A stretch of DNA of 64,000 nucleotides from Bacteroidales bacterium (GCA_040772125.1 JAXGYS010000004.1:184021-248020), one strand, 5' to 3'. Positions 44,506-54,182 are shown, numbered from the stretch's first letter. Notes: generated by a model from the letters alone, not told the origin. Translations and numbers: made by a program.

Positions 44506-47500
44506 CGGCAAAAGCTCCCCACATCAGGGGAAAAGATGTATCGGGATTGCCTATCATATCAAGCTTTACTTTTCTTAATGCAGTTTCAAAGTCATAGCCT
44601 GTAAATACATGACTGTAAAAGTCACGCATGAACATCATGGCATTCTTGTCCCCGACTTTCCAATAGGAGAACAATACATTTTTTGCACCTGCAGAAAGAA
44701 ATGCCCTTACCAGTCCGATGATTCCCTCTCCTTCCTCAAGCTTACCCATTCCTGATTCACAGGCGCTCATAGTAACCAGATCCGCGTCGATGCTCATCGG
44801 ATAGATTTCCCATGCATGCAGAATGCCCTCTACATTCCTGTCAGGCATATTGTCTTCTGATGTGCCGCCTTCCGAATAGTCTGAAAAAAGCAGTCCTGAA
44901 TATTCTGGCAGCGGATCATCATTTACCAGATGCGTGGCTATGTGTACGAACCTGTGATTTGCGATATTTTCCTTCAGGTTTTTCTCTGATGCAATCTGTC
45001 CGGTGTAAATATCAGCTCCCAGACCGTACCTTAGAGATAAGGCTTTCAGACTGTCAGTTTCTTCGAGTGAGAAGGGCAATTCGGCGTAGGACCTGATAGG
45101 ATCACGGTTGGAACTGTTCGTTTGACCTTTATAATCAGATTCATATATTGCCGCAGGTTTATTTCCGTCGTTCCCTGTGCTCCGGTAATTGAAAACAGGG
45201 GCAAAGGCAAGCAGGCGGTTATTTTCAATCTTCATTGGAGGATTGTCCGCTGCCCATAACCCTGCACTATAATGGTAAGTTATCCCGAAATCGTTGATCA
45301 GATAATCCTGATGACTGAAATCGCTGAATTTCCCCGCCGGTTTATATGTCCGGGCAAGCGTTTCAAATGGCAGATAAAGCAGAATCTTGTCGGGAATGAT
45401 TACAAGTTTTTCCTTGTCTTTCAGAACAGGTTCAATATCTCTGATTGCAAGGTTATAAATTTCATGTCCGAGTAAAGTCACCCTGTCTCGGTCATATTTC
45501 CTGAGTGCTGAAATATAGTCCTCAACCTTTTGTTTCAATGCTCCCGGCCGGTCCAGTCTGGTTTTTTTCAAAACCAGGGTGTCATCCGATATTACAAATG
45601 TGAACAGGGAAGTATCATTCGCGTAATAGCTTATCAGTGCTGTTCTTGGTCCGAGATTCCTGATGAGAGTATCATACAATTCCTTGCCTGACGGAAATGA
45701 CATCATCTTTTCAGTAACCGAATAATGGTTTATGGTATCATTGACCGCACGCAGGGAAATGAGAAGGCTGTCAATGCGGTACGGATGGATGCCTGATCCT
45801 GGTTTTTTCTGTTTATCCTGCATCCGCAGATAATCTATATAACCTGTAAGATTTCTTCTTCTGTACAGAAGCGAGTCTGGTATATCAGCATTCGTTTTGT
45901 CCCTGTACCTGAAAACAAGATTTTGAAGCAATGATGCTTTATTCAGTTCAGAAAACTCCAGGGCCTTGAACAGGTGTTCCCTGTTGCCCGATATCATGAA
46001 AAGCCTGTAAGCAGCATCCACACCGTAATATGTCTGAGCCGAAAGTTCGTTAAGCAGTCCTATCTTTGTTTCTTCAAGCAGAAAATCCGATACTGCAGAC
46101 TGCGTCAATGATTTTACAAGATCAAAATTAATAGTTATATCCCTTAATGCACTGATATTGCCGGTTTTCAGGTATTCGCCGTATTTAAGTCTGCTTATAT
46201 CAATAAGAGAAGATGCAAACAATGGTCCGTCTATGACCAATGATGTTTCAATTCCGTTGTTATCTGCTTCACCCTGATAGTTTGCCCATAATGATTTATT
46301 ATACATTATTGTTGCAGAATCCGGGTGACCAGTCCTTTCCAGAACAATTCCCATTTCTTTAAAGGCAGATGAAAGACCTGGATGACGGGAAGGATATATT
46401 GTTTTTTTTATTTCAAGGGCTCTTTTCATGAAAAATAATGCTGAGTCGGGATAAGGACCTGACAGCATGTTGTGTGCAATTCTTGTATAAAATCCGGCAG
46501 TCATGGGATGTGACTCTCCGTAGATCGTCTCTGACATTGCAAGGCCAGATTTGTAATCGTTTAGTTCCCGCACGTGATCATTCAGCTGTCCGTAAGCCAT
46601 TCCCCTGTTCAGAAAGTCTTCAACAACAGCGGGATTGTTCTTTTCAATGATGCAGGTATCGATATGAAGGGCCCTGTTATAATAGTACAGTGCAGTATCA
46701 TTTTGATCTTTAAGAAGAAATATATCTCCCATTTTCCGGTAGTTTGATGCCAGATCAGGATGCATCTCCCCAAAGGCTTTCCTGTTTTTTTCACGGCTGA
46801 TGCGATAATAGGCAAGTGCCAGATCGATATCACCCTTTTTCTTGTAGATAGTCCCTATATTATTGTACGATCTTGGAATTCCCGGAGCATCGGGTCCCCT
46901 GGCCAGTCTGAGCGAAAGGGCTTTTATAAGGTATTTAAGGCAGTTATTATAGTCACCGAGATCATCATAGCCGGCACCGACATTATTATATGCAGAAGCA
47001 GTGTAAGGGCTATCCTCTCCCAGCGTCCGTAATAGTATTTCAAGTGCTGCCCGGAAATAATCCAGGCCTTCCCGGTACCTTCCAGTTTCACGTAAGAGTA
47101 CCCCGATGTTAGTATAGCTCATGGCAATATCCGTATGATCTTCTGAGCCATGCAATGCCAGGCGGATATCAAGAGCCTTCCGGTGATGGGACAGGGCGGT
47201 TTCATTATCCCCCATAGCCATATATACATTGGCCAGGTTATTAAGGCTCAGGGCTATATCTTTATGATTCGGGGGCAGCCTGACAAGCCTTATTTCATAG
47301 GCTTTGCGGTGTAATATCATGGCTGTATCCCACATTGCCTTTTCCATGAACAGAACCCCAAGGTTATTGTAAGCTTCCGCTGTCAGAGGGTGAAACTTGC
47401 CACTGGTGTTTTCCCGTATGCGTGCCACCCTGCCAAAATAATACTCACAGCTGTCATACCGGCCAAGATGATACGCTATTGATCCAAGAGCATTGTAATC

Positions 47501-48109
47501 GGAAGCGAAATTGCCGTCCTCTGCCATGAAATAGTTTTTTCGAATGTCAATACTTCTCTCTATATTCTTCCTGGCTGAATCGAATAATCCTCTGTTACTT
47601 TGAATAATCCCGATACCGCGATAGATGTCGGCGACAGCAATGTTATCCGCGGTGTTCGGGTTCTTATATATATCAAGAGACTTTTTAAACCATATCAGTG
47701 CAGAATCAAGTTTCCTCTCTTCCAGATAAATATTTCCCAATTTGAAATAACATTCCCCCGTTGCGGATGACTTCTCTCCGAATTTATCGATGCTAAAAGC
47801 TATATTTTCTTTTGCCTCCCTGATAAGTCCTTCATTATAACCTGCATTGATTTTTGCCGAAATGATCCTGTTACTGCATTCAAGGTATTTCTTAAAGGAC
47901 CTTTTTTTGAGATATTCACGGCCAGCTGACTGGTAATAGAAGACAGCACTGTCATACACAGCTTCACGATCAAAATCCATAGCTTTTCTGAAGAGACTGC
48001 CGGCATACAGGGTATCTTTTGCATGAATTTTCATATCAGCCGCAGCTGCAATACCAATTGCCGGAAAAAGCAGAGTGGCTATGATTACAAAGACTGACCT
48101 GATGATCAT
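44477..48109 (-). CDS. Exported TPR-repeat CHAT-domain (caspase-like) protease, 1210 aa
   Basis: N-terminal signal-like MIIRSVFVIIATLLFPAIGIAAAA. About 700 aa of TPR-like repeats (recurring A..YNNLG..Y...G.Y..A...Y..AL.I). C-terminal CHAT domain with His (FVHIATH) and Cys (LVTMSACESG; Cys codon 44759-44761). Confidence 0.9.
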   Translation of the reverse strand: MIIRSVFVIIATLLFPAIGIAAAADMKIHAKDTLYAGSLFRKAMDFDREAVYDSAVFYYQSAGREYLKKRSFKKYLECSNRIISAKINAGYNEGLIREAKENIAFSIDKFGEKSSATGECYFKLGNIYLEERKLDSALIWFKKSLDIYKNPNTADNIAVADIYRGIGIIQSNRGLFDSARKNIERSIDIRKNYFMAEDGNFASDYNALGSIAYHLGRYDSCEYYFGRVARIRENTSGKFHPLTAEAYNNLGVLFMEKAMWDTAMILHRKAYEIRLVRLPPNHKDIALSLNNLANVYMAMGDNETALSHHRKALDIRLALHGSEDHTDIAMSYTNIGVLLRETGRYREGLDYFRAALEILLRTLGEDSPYTASAYNNVGAGYDDLGDYNNCLKYLIKALSLRLARGPDAPGIPRSYNNIGTIYKKKGDIDLALAYYRISREKNRKAFGEMHPDLASNYRKMGDIFLLKDQNDTALYYYNRALHIDTCIIEKNNPAVVEDFLNRGMAYGQLNDHVRELNDYKSGLAMSETIYGESHPMTAGFYTRIAHNMLSGPYPDSALFFMKRALEIKKTIYPSRHPGLSSAFKEMGIVLERTGHPDSATIMYNKSLWANYQGEADNNGIETSLVIDGPLFASSLIDISRLKYGEYLKTGNISALRDITINFDLVKSLTQSAVSDFLLEETKIGLLNELSAQTYYGVDAAYRLFMISGNREHLFKALEFSELNKASLLQNLVFRYRDKTNADIPDSLLYRRRNLTGYIDYLRMQDKQKKPGSGIHPYRIDSLLISLRAVNDTINHYSVTEKMMSFPSGKELYDTLIRNLGPRTALISYYANDTSLFTFVISDDTLVLKKTRLDRPGALKQKVEDYISALRKYDRDRVTLLGHEIYNLAIRDIEPVLKDKEKLVIIPDKILLYLPFETLARTYKPAGKFSDFSHQDYLINDFGITYHYSAGLWAADNPPMKIENNRLLAFAPVFNYRSTGNDGNKPAAIYESDYKGQTNSSNRDPIRSYAELPFSLEETDSLKALSLRYGLGADIYTGQIASEKNLKENIANHRFVHIATHLVNDDPLPEYSGLLFSDYSEGGTSEDNMPDRNVEGILHAWEIYPMSIDADLVTMSACESGMGKLEEGEGIIGLVRAFLSAGAKNVLFSYWKVGDKNAMMFMRDFYSHVFTGYDFETALRKVKLDMIGNPDTSFPLMWGAFAVIGRQPEDR

Positions 48110-48257
48110 TTGGATATGTTTTTAGCCTTATCTGAATTACACTAGGGCCCGGTACTGCAAAAAACAAATGGCTTTAACCAATCTGCCCCGGCAGGGCGAT
48201 CAGATAACCGTTACACTAAATTATAAAAAATATTGACCTCTAATGTGAAGAAAACAA

Positions 48258-48285
48258 CTATATCCTGCAGAATGGCAGGATATAG
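48258..48285 (-). terminator. Intrinsic terminator: 11-bp perfect stem (ctatatcctgc / gcaggatatag), 6-nt loop, U-rich tail on the minus strand
   Basis: I verified complementarity. It lies 31 nt downstream of the stop of the gene at 48316-49002. The minus-strand tail reads ttgttttctt. Confidence 0.6.
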
Positions 48286-48315
48286 ACTTCCGGGCGGAAG
48301 ATAGCCGAAGGGGAT

Positions 48316-49002
48316 TTAACGGGAAAGCTGGAAGAAGTAGCCTGCTGAGAGATAAATACCATAGGAAACTCCACTGAACTCAGGTTCGAGTGACGCCGGC
48401 TGTACGATTGCAGGTGATTTTCCAACCCTGATATTACCTGCTACTACATCCTCACTCATGGGTCCGAAATCAAGTCCCACAGGCACACTAAGTGTTATTT
48501 TTAGTGCATTGCTTAATGAATAACGCAAACGAGGTATTATATCCAATCCTATAATTCCGTAATAACCGCCAAGCCTGAGTTTAGTAACGTCATCCTGATC
48601 TTCAGGATTAAGATATATTGAAGATACATGAAAACCGAGTGCGCTTCCCGCTTCAATCTTTTCATTTAAAGAGAACTTGTATCCTATCCCTAAAGCATTG
48701 AAATCGAGAGCGTATGCTGAAGTATAATCAGAAAGGTCCTGTGTTGTTTCTCCGAGTTTGACATTACCTGTATTAAACAACATGGCAAGTGACAAATCGA
48801 AATAAAGCTTGTTCCAGGAGAGTTCACCGGAAATATACATACCCGTACCTGGAAAAGAAAGGCTTTGCTTTTCGCCGGATTGAGTGAAAGAGTGCGAAAC
48901 CTTCCCGATTCCTCCTCCTGCTGATAATCCCAGCACTGCCTGGGGGAGAGCCCTGTTTCCTGCAAATAAAACCACTATTACCGTCATGATGAGAATTTTC
49001 AT
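48316..49002 (-). CDS. Hypothetical outer-membrane beta-barrel protein
   Basis: With the start at MKILIMTVIVVLFAG there is a signal peptide. The sequence has an alternating beta-strand pattern and Gly/aromatic-rich strands. The track ORF extends to 49086. Confidence 0.55.
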   Translation of the reverse strand: MKILIMTVIVVLFAGNRALPQAVLGLSAGGGIGKVSHSFTQSGEKQSLSFPGTGMYISGELSWNKLYFDLSLAMLFNTGNVKLGETTQDLSDYTSAYALDFNALGIGYKFSLNEKIEAGSALGFHVSSIYLNPEDQDDVTKLRLGGYYGIIGLDIIPRLRYSLSNALKITLSVPVGLDFGPMSEDVVAGNIRVGKSPAIVQPASLEPEFSGVSYGIYLSAGYFFQLSR

Positions 49003-49475
49003 TAAACCCGGATCAGGTTTTAATGAAAATTTTTTGCCTTTTTTAATACTGAGTTTGTTTCCCGGCCTTTCAAATATGCATTCCATATGCCAAAAGAATT
49101 TAGTTTCCCTATGAAATGGATCAATTCCTTAATTTGTTACAATGCATAATGAAAAAATATACACCCTGTATCTGCAGAATACCAAGTCATTTGACAACAA
49201 AGGTCAGTAACCTGATTTACAACACACTGCAGGCAGGTTTGGGATATGCAGAAGCAACTGAAAAGTACGACATTGACGAGGAATCGTTCTCCGGATATGC
49301 TTTTGGAGGCGGTCTGGGTCTGGCTTATTTCATCACCGGAAATATTTCGATCGATCCTGGAATTCAAGTGACCAGTACAAAACTAACCTACTCGGAAGAC
49401 GCAAAAGTTCGGGTATCATACACGGCGACAATGTAGCCTGTTGTTTTATCTTCTCTTTCATGAACGCATAACAAT

Positions 49476-50423
49476 TCACCCCACAGGATACCATTTAATC
49501 ACAACCTTGCCCCGGGCATGACCTTCAGAGGCATATTGCATGGCTTCTGCTGTTTTTTCAGGAGGATAGTATTTTTCGATCACGGGTTTGATAATACCAT
49601 CCGATGCAAGGTTCAATAAATACTTAAGATCGCCGGAATTGGGTTTCGCAGCCAGAAAGAGCATTTTTCGCCTGCCAAGGGATAAAGGACGCCCCAAAAC
49701 AATCGACTTGAAAATCTGAGTCAGGGCACCTCCCACCAGCACGAATCTGCCATCGGGCTTCAGCGCTTTTCTGCACTTGAAAAAGGAATAATTCCCGTTA
49801 ACAGCTAATATCAGGTCGTATTTCCTCTTTCGGGCCGCAAAATCCTCTTTCGTGTAATCGATCACATGTTCTGCTCCCAGTAAAGCCGTCTGTTCAACAT
49901 TCCTGGTGCTGCAGACAGCTGTTACAACGGCACCGTAATGCCTGGCAAGCTGAAGGGCAAAAGTACCGACTCCGCCGCTGCTTCCCAGTATCAGTATCTC
50001 CTGGCCCGCCCGGATATTTCCCTTGTTCCTTAATGCCTGCAGTGCAGTAACTGAAGCCATTGGCATTGCAGCTGCCTCTTCAAATGAAAGTCCGGCAGGT
50101 TTCGGGACCAGAAACTTTTCAGATGAAACGGCGAATCCGGCAAAACCGCCAAATCCATAGCCTGCAAGATCTCCCGCAACCTCGTCCCCCGGTTTGAACA
50201 ATTTCACATTCCTGCCTGCAGTTTCCACAGTGCCTGAGATATCCGCTCCGAAGATCTTACGGGCGGGTATCATACCCATTTTCATCGAACGGTAATCGGC
50301 AGCATTGACCGCGACTGCATGAATCCTTATCAAAACCTCATTATCACCCGGGACAGGCTTGTCCACCTCGCAATAAACAAGTTTATCCGGTTTTGCTTTT
50401 TTATTATAAACGACCGCTTTCAT
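49476..50423 (-). CDS. MDR-superfamily NAD(P)-dependent oxidoreductase (quinone oxidoreductase/alcohol dehydrogenase-like)
   Basis: EVLIRIHAVAVNAADY, the Rossmann motif ILILGSSGGVGTFALQLA, and a C-terminal GHARGKVVI. Confidence 0.85.
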   Translation of the reverse strand: MKAVVYNKKAKPDKLVYCEVDKPVPGDNEVLIRIHAVAVNAADYRSMKMGMIPARKIFGADISGTVETAGRNVKLFKPGDEVAGDLAGYGFGGFAGFAVSSEKFLVPKPAGLSFEEAAAMPMASVTALQALRNKGNIRAGQEILILGSSGGVGTFALQLARHYGAVVTAVCSTRNVEQTALLGAEHVIDYTKEDFAARKRKYDLILAVNGNYSFFKCRKALKPDGRFVLVGGALTQIFKSIVLGRPLSLGRRKMLFLAAKPNSGDLKYLLNLASDGIIKPVIEKYYPPEKTAEAMQYASEGHARGKVVIKWYPVG

Positions 50424-50432
50424 CCGTATGAA

Positions 50433-50843
50433 TCACGCCTCCTTCGTCTTTCCCCAGGTGAGTGCAATGATCATACCCACCACTGCGAAAACTGCAGCAC
50501 TGACAAGGGTTTCGATCACTATCGGCAACAGGGAAAGGTACATGGTGGTCATCGAATAGAGTGACAGGTCGATGGTTCCCGTAAACAGAGCCCCGAAAAG
50601 TGCCCCGGTTTTCAGACCATCTGTTATCCTGCGGGCTCCTGACCACTTCAGCAACAGTGTAAGAAAAAGAGCGATGAGGAGATTTGAAAGGATCATTGCC
50701 CACCAGATCATTTCACCATCCGGACGGTTTGCACAATTATTCGTCATGGGTGAGAAGAAATTGTACAGCAGAACGCCGTAGACAAGCCAGCCGATCAGGA
50801 AGTACGCGACTCCACCGATTAATGTTCCACGTAAGATCTTCAT
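50433..50843 (-). CDS. Small integral membrane protein (4 TM segments), unknown family
   Basis: Four clear hydrophobic segments. It lies 9 nt upstream of the oxidoreductase gene on the same strand. Confidence 0.6.
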   Translation of the reverse strand: MKILRGTLIGGVAYFLIGWLVYGVLLYNFFSPMTNNCANRPDGEMIWWAMILSNLLIALFLTLLLKWSGARRITDGLKTGALFGALFTGTIDLSLYSMTTMYLSLLPIVIETLVSAAVFAVVGMIIALTWGKTKEA

Positions 50844-51041
50844 GTTTATCGTTTTTAAGTTTATGCTACAATTTATGAAGTATTTTTTAAAACAGTGATG
50901 AAAGGAAAGTAAAAATCAAGGGAGAAGTGGTTGTACCGATTCTGCCGGTCATGGGCAATCGACCGTCTTGCTGCCGGAGTGAATCAATATTGGTAACCTG
51001 TAAAACACATAACGGAAGTGAATATTGAATTTCACGGCTGA

Positions 51042-51470
51042 ATGAAGCTGAATGAACTTAACAATGGTTTAAATTCGTGGAATTTAAAAGTAACTCCATA
51101 TCCTGACATGATGATCAAATATCACATCACAGAAAAAGGCGTTTCGCTGGGGGAAATCCTGCCGGCATCAGAAATGATCAATTCATCGGAAGACATGCTC
51201 GATATAATGGCAGATGCCGGTTATAACGGATGTACCGGACTGATAATATATGCAGATACCCTGAACAAAGATTTCTTCGATCTTAAGACAAGACTGGCCG
51301 GTGATATACTTCAAAAGTTCTCCAATTACAGGATGAAACTAGCGATAATCGGCGATTTTTCAGATATCAAAAGCAAGAGCCTGAGGGACTTCATCAGGGA
51401 AAGCAATAAAACGGGAACGATAAATTTTGTCAGTTCGGTGGAGGAGGCGATGGCTAGATTGAATAAATAA
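51042..51470 (+). CDS. DUF4180 domain protein
   Basis: ...GLIIYADTLNKDFFDLKTRLAGDILQKFSNYRMKLAIIGDFSDIKSKSLRDFIRESNKTGTINFVSSVEEA is the typical DUF4180 pattern. Confidence 0.8.
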   Translation: MKLNELNNGLNSWNLKVTPYPDMMIKYHITEKGVSLGEILPASEMINSSEDMLDIMADAGYNGCTGLIIYADTLNKDFFDLKTRLAGDILQKFSNYRMKLAIIGDFSDIKSKSLRDFIRESNKTGTINFVSSVEEAMARLNK

Positions 51471-51520
51471 AACCGTGAAGGGTTTCAGACTTTGCTCACC
51501 GAAGCTTTAGCGTAGGTGAG

Positions 51521-51544
51521 GTTTCAGAGTTTCAGAGTTTCAGA
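51521..51544. repeat. Three exact tandem copies of the octamer GTTTCAGA, plus a solitary copy at 51482-51489
   Basis: Read directly. Confidence 0.95.
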
Positions 51545-51582
51545 CAGGTCTTTTGTTCCGAATATTTTCGTAACTTTATTTC

Positions 51583-51609
51583 CGATTATTTTCGTAACGA
51601 AAATAATCG
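51583..51609. terminator. Perfect 12-bp stem / 3-nt loop hairpin (cgattattttcg-taa-cgaaaataatcg) between convergent genes
   Basis: I verified complementarity. It lies between the DUF4180 gene (+, ends 51470) and xth (-, ends 51669). The AT-rich stem makes function uncertain. Confidence 0.5.
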
Positions 51610-51668
51610 TGAGGAGGTGGCTGAGGGAGAGGAGGAAAGCGTGACCTTCATGCATGCCGCGTACCTTT

Positions 51669-52436
51669 TTAAACATCCAGAATTATCCCCACCGGACAAT
51701 GATCCGATCCGGTTATCTCTTCATGGATAAATGCGTCCTTAACCTTTGGAAGGAACGACCGGCTCACCAGGAAGTAATCTATTCTCCAGCCTATATTTTT
51801 GGATCTTGCACCTGCCCTGAAGCTCCACCAGGAGTATCTTCCCAGGGAATCAGGGTAAAAATGCCTGAAAGTATCGGCAAGACCTCCCTGAACCAGCCTG
51901 TCCATACCGTCGATCTCCTCCTGCATATAGCCGGCAGCCTTGTTGTAGTTTTCCTTCGGTCGGGCGAGGTCAATACTTTTGTGAGCCACGTTAAGGTCAC
52001 CGCAAACGATGACGGGCTTATTCCTTTCAAGGTCCTTCAGATAACCGAAGAATGCCTTGTCCCATTCCTGTCTGTATGCAAGCCTGCCAAGCTCGGCTCC
52101 CGAATTGGGTACGTAAACATTCACAAGAAAGAACTGTTCAAACTCGAGGCACAGTACCCGGCCTTCGGTATCATGTTCCTTTATGCCAATGTCTTTCATA
52201 ACATTCAGGGGCTGGACCTTTGAAATAACTGCTGTTCCCGAGTAACCGGGCCTTTCGGCGGAATTTGAATAGATAAGGTTATGGTTTACTGACATCAGGG
52301 CTTCGGCAACCTGATCCTCCCGGGCTTTTGTCTCCTGCAGGCAGATTATGTCGGGATCCATCTGTTCAAGATCAGTAAAGAATGATTTCTTGGCTATTGC
52401 CCTTATGCCGTTAACGTTCCATGATATAAGTTTCAT
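51669..52436 (-). CDS. xth: Exodeoxyribonuclease III
   Basis: MKLISWNVNGIRA...DIICLQETK...YSGTAV...VNVYVPN...VIVCGDLNVAH...DTFR...YSWWS...GWRIDYF...GSDHCPV covers the full ExoIII/APE motif set. Confidence 0.95.
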   Translation of the reverse strand: MKLISWNVNGIRAIAKKSFFTDLEQMDPDIICLQETKAREDQVAEALMSVNHNLIYSNSAERPGYSGTAVISKVQPLNVMKDIGIKEHDTEGRVLCLEFEQFFLVNVYVPNSGAELGRLAYRQEWDKAFFGYLKDLERNKPVIVCGDLNVAHKSIDLARPKENYNKAAGYMQEEIDGMDRLVQGGLADTFRHFYPDSLGRYSWWSFRAGARSKNIGWRIDYFLVSRSFLPKVKDAFIHEEITGSDHCPVGIILDV

Positions 52437-52518
52437 TGCATCATATTTGAATATGTAAAAATAATAACTCCGCTGAAATGACAGGTGCGGAACAGAGTAT
52501 TTGAGAGAAGTAATCCGA

Positions 52519-52941
52519 TTAAAGTGTCTGTTTCCCCCGGATAAGCTGATCGGCTGAGTATTTTCCCGGACCGAATATCAGAACAGCAAGAAAGCCAGTC
52601 AGGTAGAGGAGGGCCATTTCCCTGCTGCCAAACGGATCTCCGGCGTGAACAATGAAAGCTGCAACGAACATAGCCGTTATTACCGGTATTGTCGCAAGGC
52701 GCGTCATGATGCCGGGAATGATCATGACCGGGGCCACCACTTCCCCTGTCACGGCAAGAACAAGGCTCAGGGTGCTTCCAATACCAAAAGGATCGGGAAA
52801 ACCTTCGGCATTCCCTTCGAGGAGGCGGGTTAATTTTGGTAATCCGTGTGTAAGCATGAATGCTGAAAGGGATACTCTCAGGATGAGCAGCCCCAGGTCG
52901 TTGAGGCTGCCGGGAGGCTTGACAGAAAATAAAATCCTCAT
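52519..52941 (-). CDS. DoxX family membrane protein
   Basis: LGLLILRVSLSAFMLTHGLPKL and four TM segments. Confidence 0.85.
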   Translation of the reverse strand: MRILFSVKPPGSLNDLGLLILRVSLSAFMLTHGLPKLTRLLEGNAEGFPDPFGIGSTLSLVLAVTGEVVAPVMIIPGIMTRLATIPVITAMFVAAFIVHAGDPFGSREMALLYLTGFLAVLIFGPGKYSADQLIRGKQTL

Positions 52942-53061
52942 TTGGTGGTGTATTAGTAATGCAAATTACAATTTTTCGGTATCACGTTCATCATCCCCTC
53001 CTGAAAAAGCCCGATATAAAACCATAGACTCAAATTAAAAGATAAAAAGGGAATTTATTCA

Positions 53062-53107
53062 ATTACGTAATTTATTACGTAATTAATTACGTAATAAATT
53101 ACGTAAA
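53062..53107. repeat. Four tandem 12-bp units, each with the 10-bp palindrome ATTACGTAAT (core TTACGTAA at 53063, 53075, 53087 and 53099)
   Basis: Read directly: attacgtaattt attacgtaatta attacgtaataa attacgtaaaca. It lies in the divergent intergenic region between the DoxX gene (-) and the DUF2807 gene (+). Confidence 0.95.
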
Positions 53108-53405
53108 CAGGCGGATAAAAATTAAGCCGGCTGGGATCCGCTGCATTGCCGAATCAGAAGGAAGAACACAGGAACGTGCCTGACAAATAATTGAACCAGC
53201 TCTTATTTTTTATATTGAGATTCAAATGGTGTTGATATAAAGGTATGATGCACCCGGTTGACAAGAATTGAGTATAATCTGATTTTTAACTGGAAATTTT
53301 GTATGTCTTCAGCACAAAACCGGGCCCCGGTTGTTATTCATGAATGAAACCTTTTGTCAGTTGTTTTCGTCTTAGCAAATCAGAGTTTAATTAATGTAAA
53401 TAGAA

Positions 53406-54182
53406 ATGAAAAAGGTTACTTTCATAATATTCATACTGGCCGTGTCAGCTGCATCATGCATCAGGGACCTGATCTGTATTGAAGGGAATAGGATCATTGA
53501 AACAGAATCCCGGAACACATCTTCATTCAACCAGATAGAAAACAGTACCGAAGCGGATGTTATTTACATCCAATCTGACATTGTGTCCATAACCGTCAGG
53601 GCCGAATCAAATTTGCTGGGTCATATTGAAACCGAAACCTTTAACGGTAAACTCAAAATAGGTACAGACAGACATGTCAACTGCATGGATTACAATGAAA
53701 GGCCCGTCATTACGGTAACATCACCTGAGTTGAAGAATGTTGAGCTGAGCGGATCGGGCAACCTTTTTGCAGATATATTGTCGGGCAACTCGGTAATTAT
53801 CAAGCTCAGCGGCTCCGGAGATGTTGTTGCTGAAAGCCTTTCATGCGACGACCTTTCCGTAGCGATTTCCGGATCAGGTGACATTGAAATTTCTGAGGCC
53901 TCATGTCAGGATGCGGATATTAACCTGAGCGGTTCCGGAGATATAGACATCACGGGAGAGAGTGACAGAGGCCATTTCAGGATTTCGGGAAGCGGAGATA
54001 TTAATTCCGGTGGATTTCAGCTTAATAATGCCACTGAAACTATTTCCGGATCAGGGAATATTTTCACCTGGGTAGTAAACAGCCTGACGGCTGTTATCTC
54101 AGGAAGCGGGAACATTTATCTCAAAGGAGATCCTTCCATAAATCAGAATTTATCCGGTTCAGGAAGAGTTATAAAATACTAG
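53406..54182 (+). CDS. DUF2807 / head-GIN-domain putative adhesin-like lipoprotein
   Basis: Leader ...LAVSAASC. Repeated LSGSGD/ISGSGD/ISGSGN beta-helix motifs occur throughout. Confidence 0.85.
   Translation: MKKVTFIIFILAVSAASCIRDLICIEGNRIIETESRNTSSFNQIENSTEADVIYIQSDIVSITVRAESNLLGHIETETFNGKLKIGTDRHVNCMDYNERPVITVTSPELKNVELSGSGNLFADILSGNSVIIKLSGSGDVVAESLSCDDLSVAISGSGDIEISEASCQDADINLSGSGDIDITGESDRGHFRISGSGDINSGGFQLNNATETISGSGNIFTWVVNSLTAVISGSGNIYLKGDPSINQNLSGSGRVIKY

Noticed and set aside
49116-49436. 106-aa ORF whose C-terminal half (GLGYAEA...AFGGGLGLAYFITGNISIDPGIQV) resembles an OMP beta-barrel fragment
   Set aside because: It has no signal peptide and no terminal aromatic residue, and the similarity is short. 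It is possibly a gene fragment, but the evidence is too thin for a feature call.
53258-53281. TTGACA ... TATAAT pair resembling a sigma-70 promoter
   Set aside because: The spacer is only 9 nt instead of about 17, and the other promoters in this sequence follow the Bacteroidota TAnnTTTG pattern.
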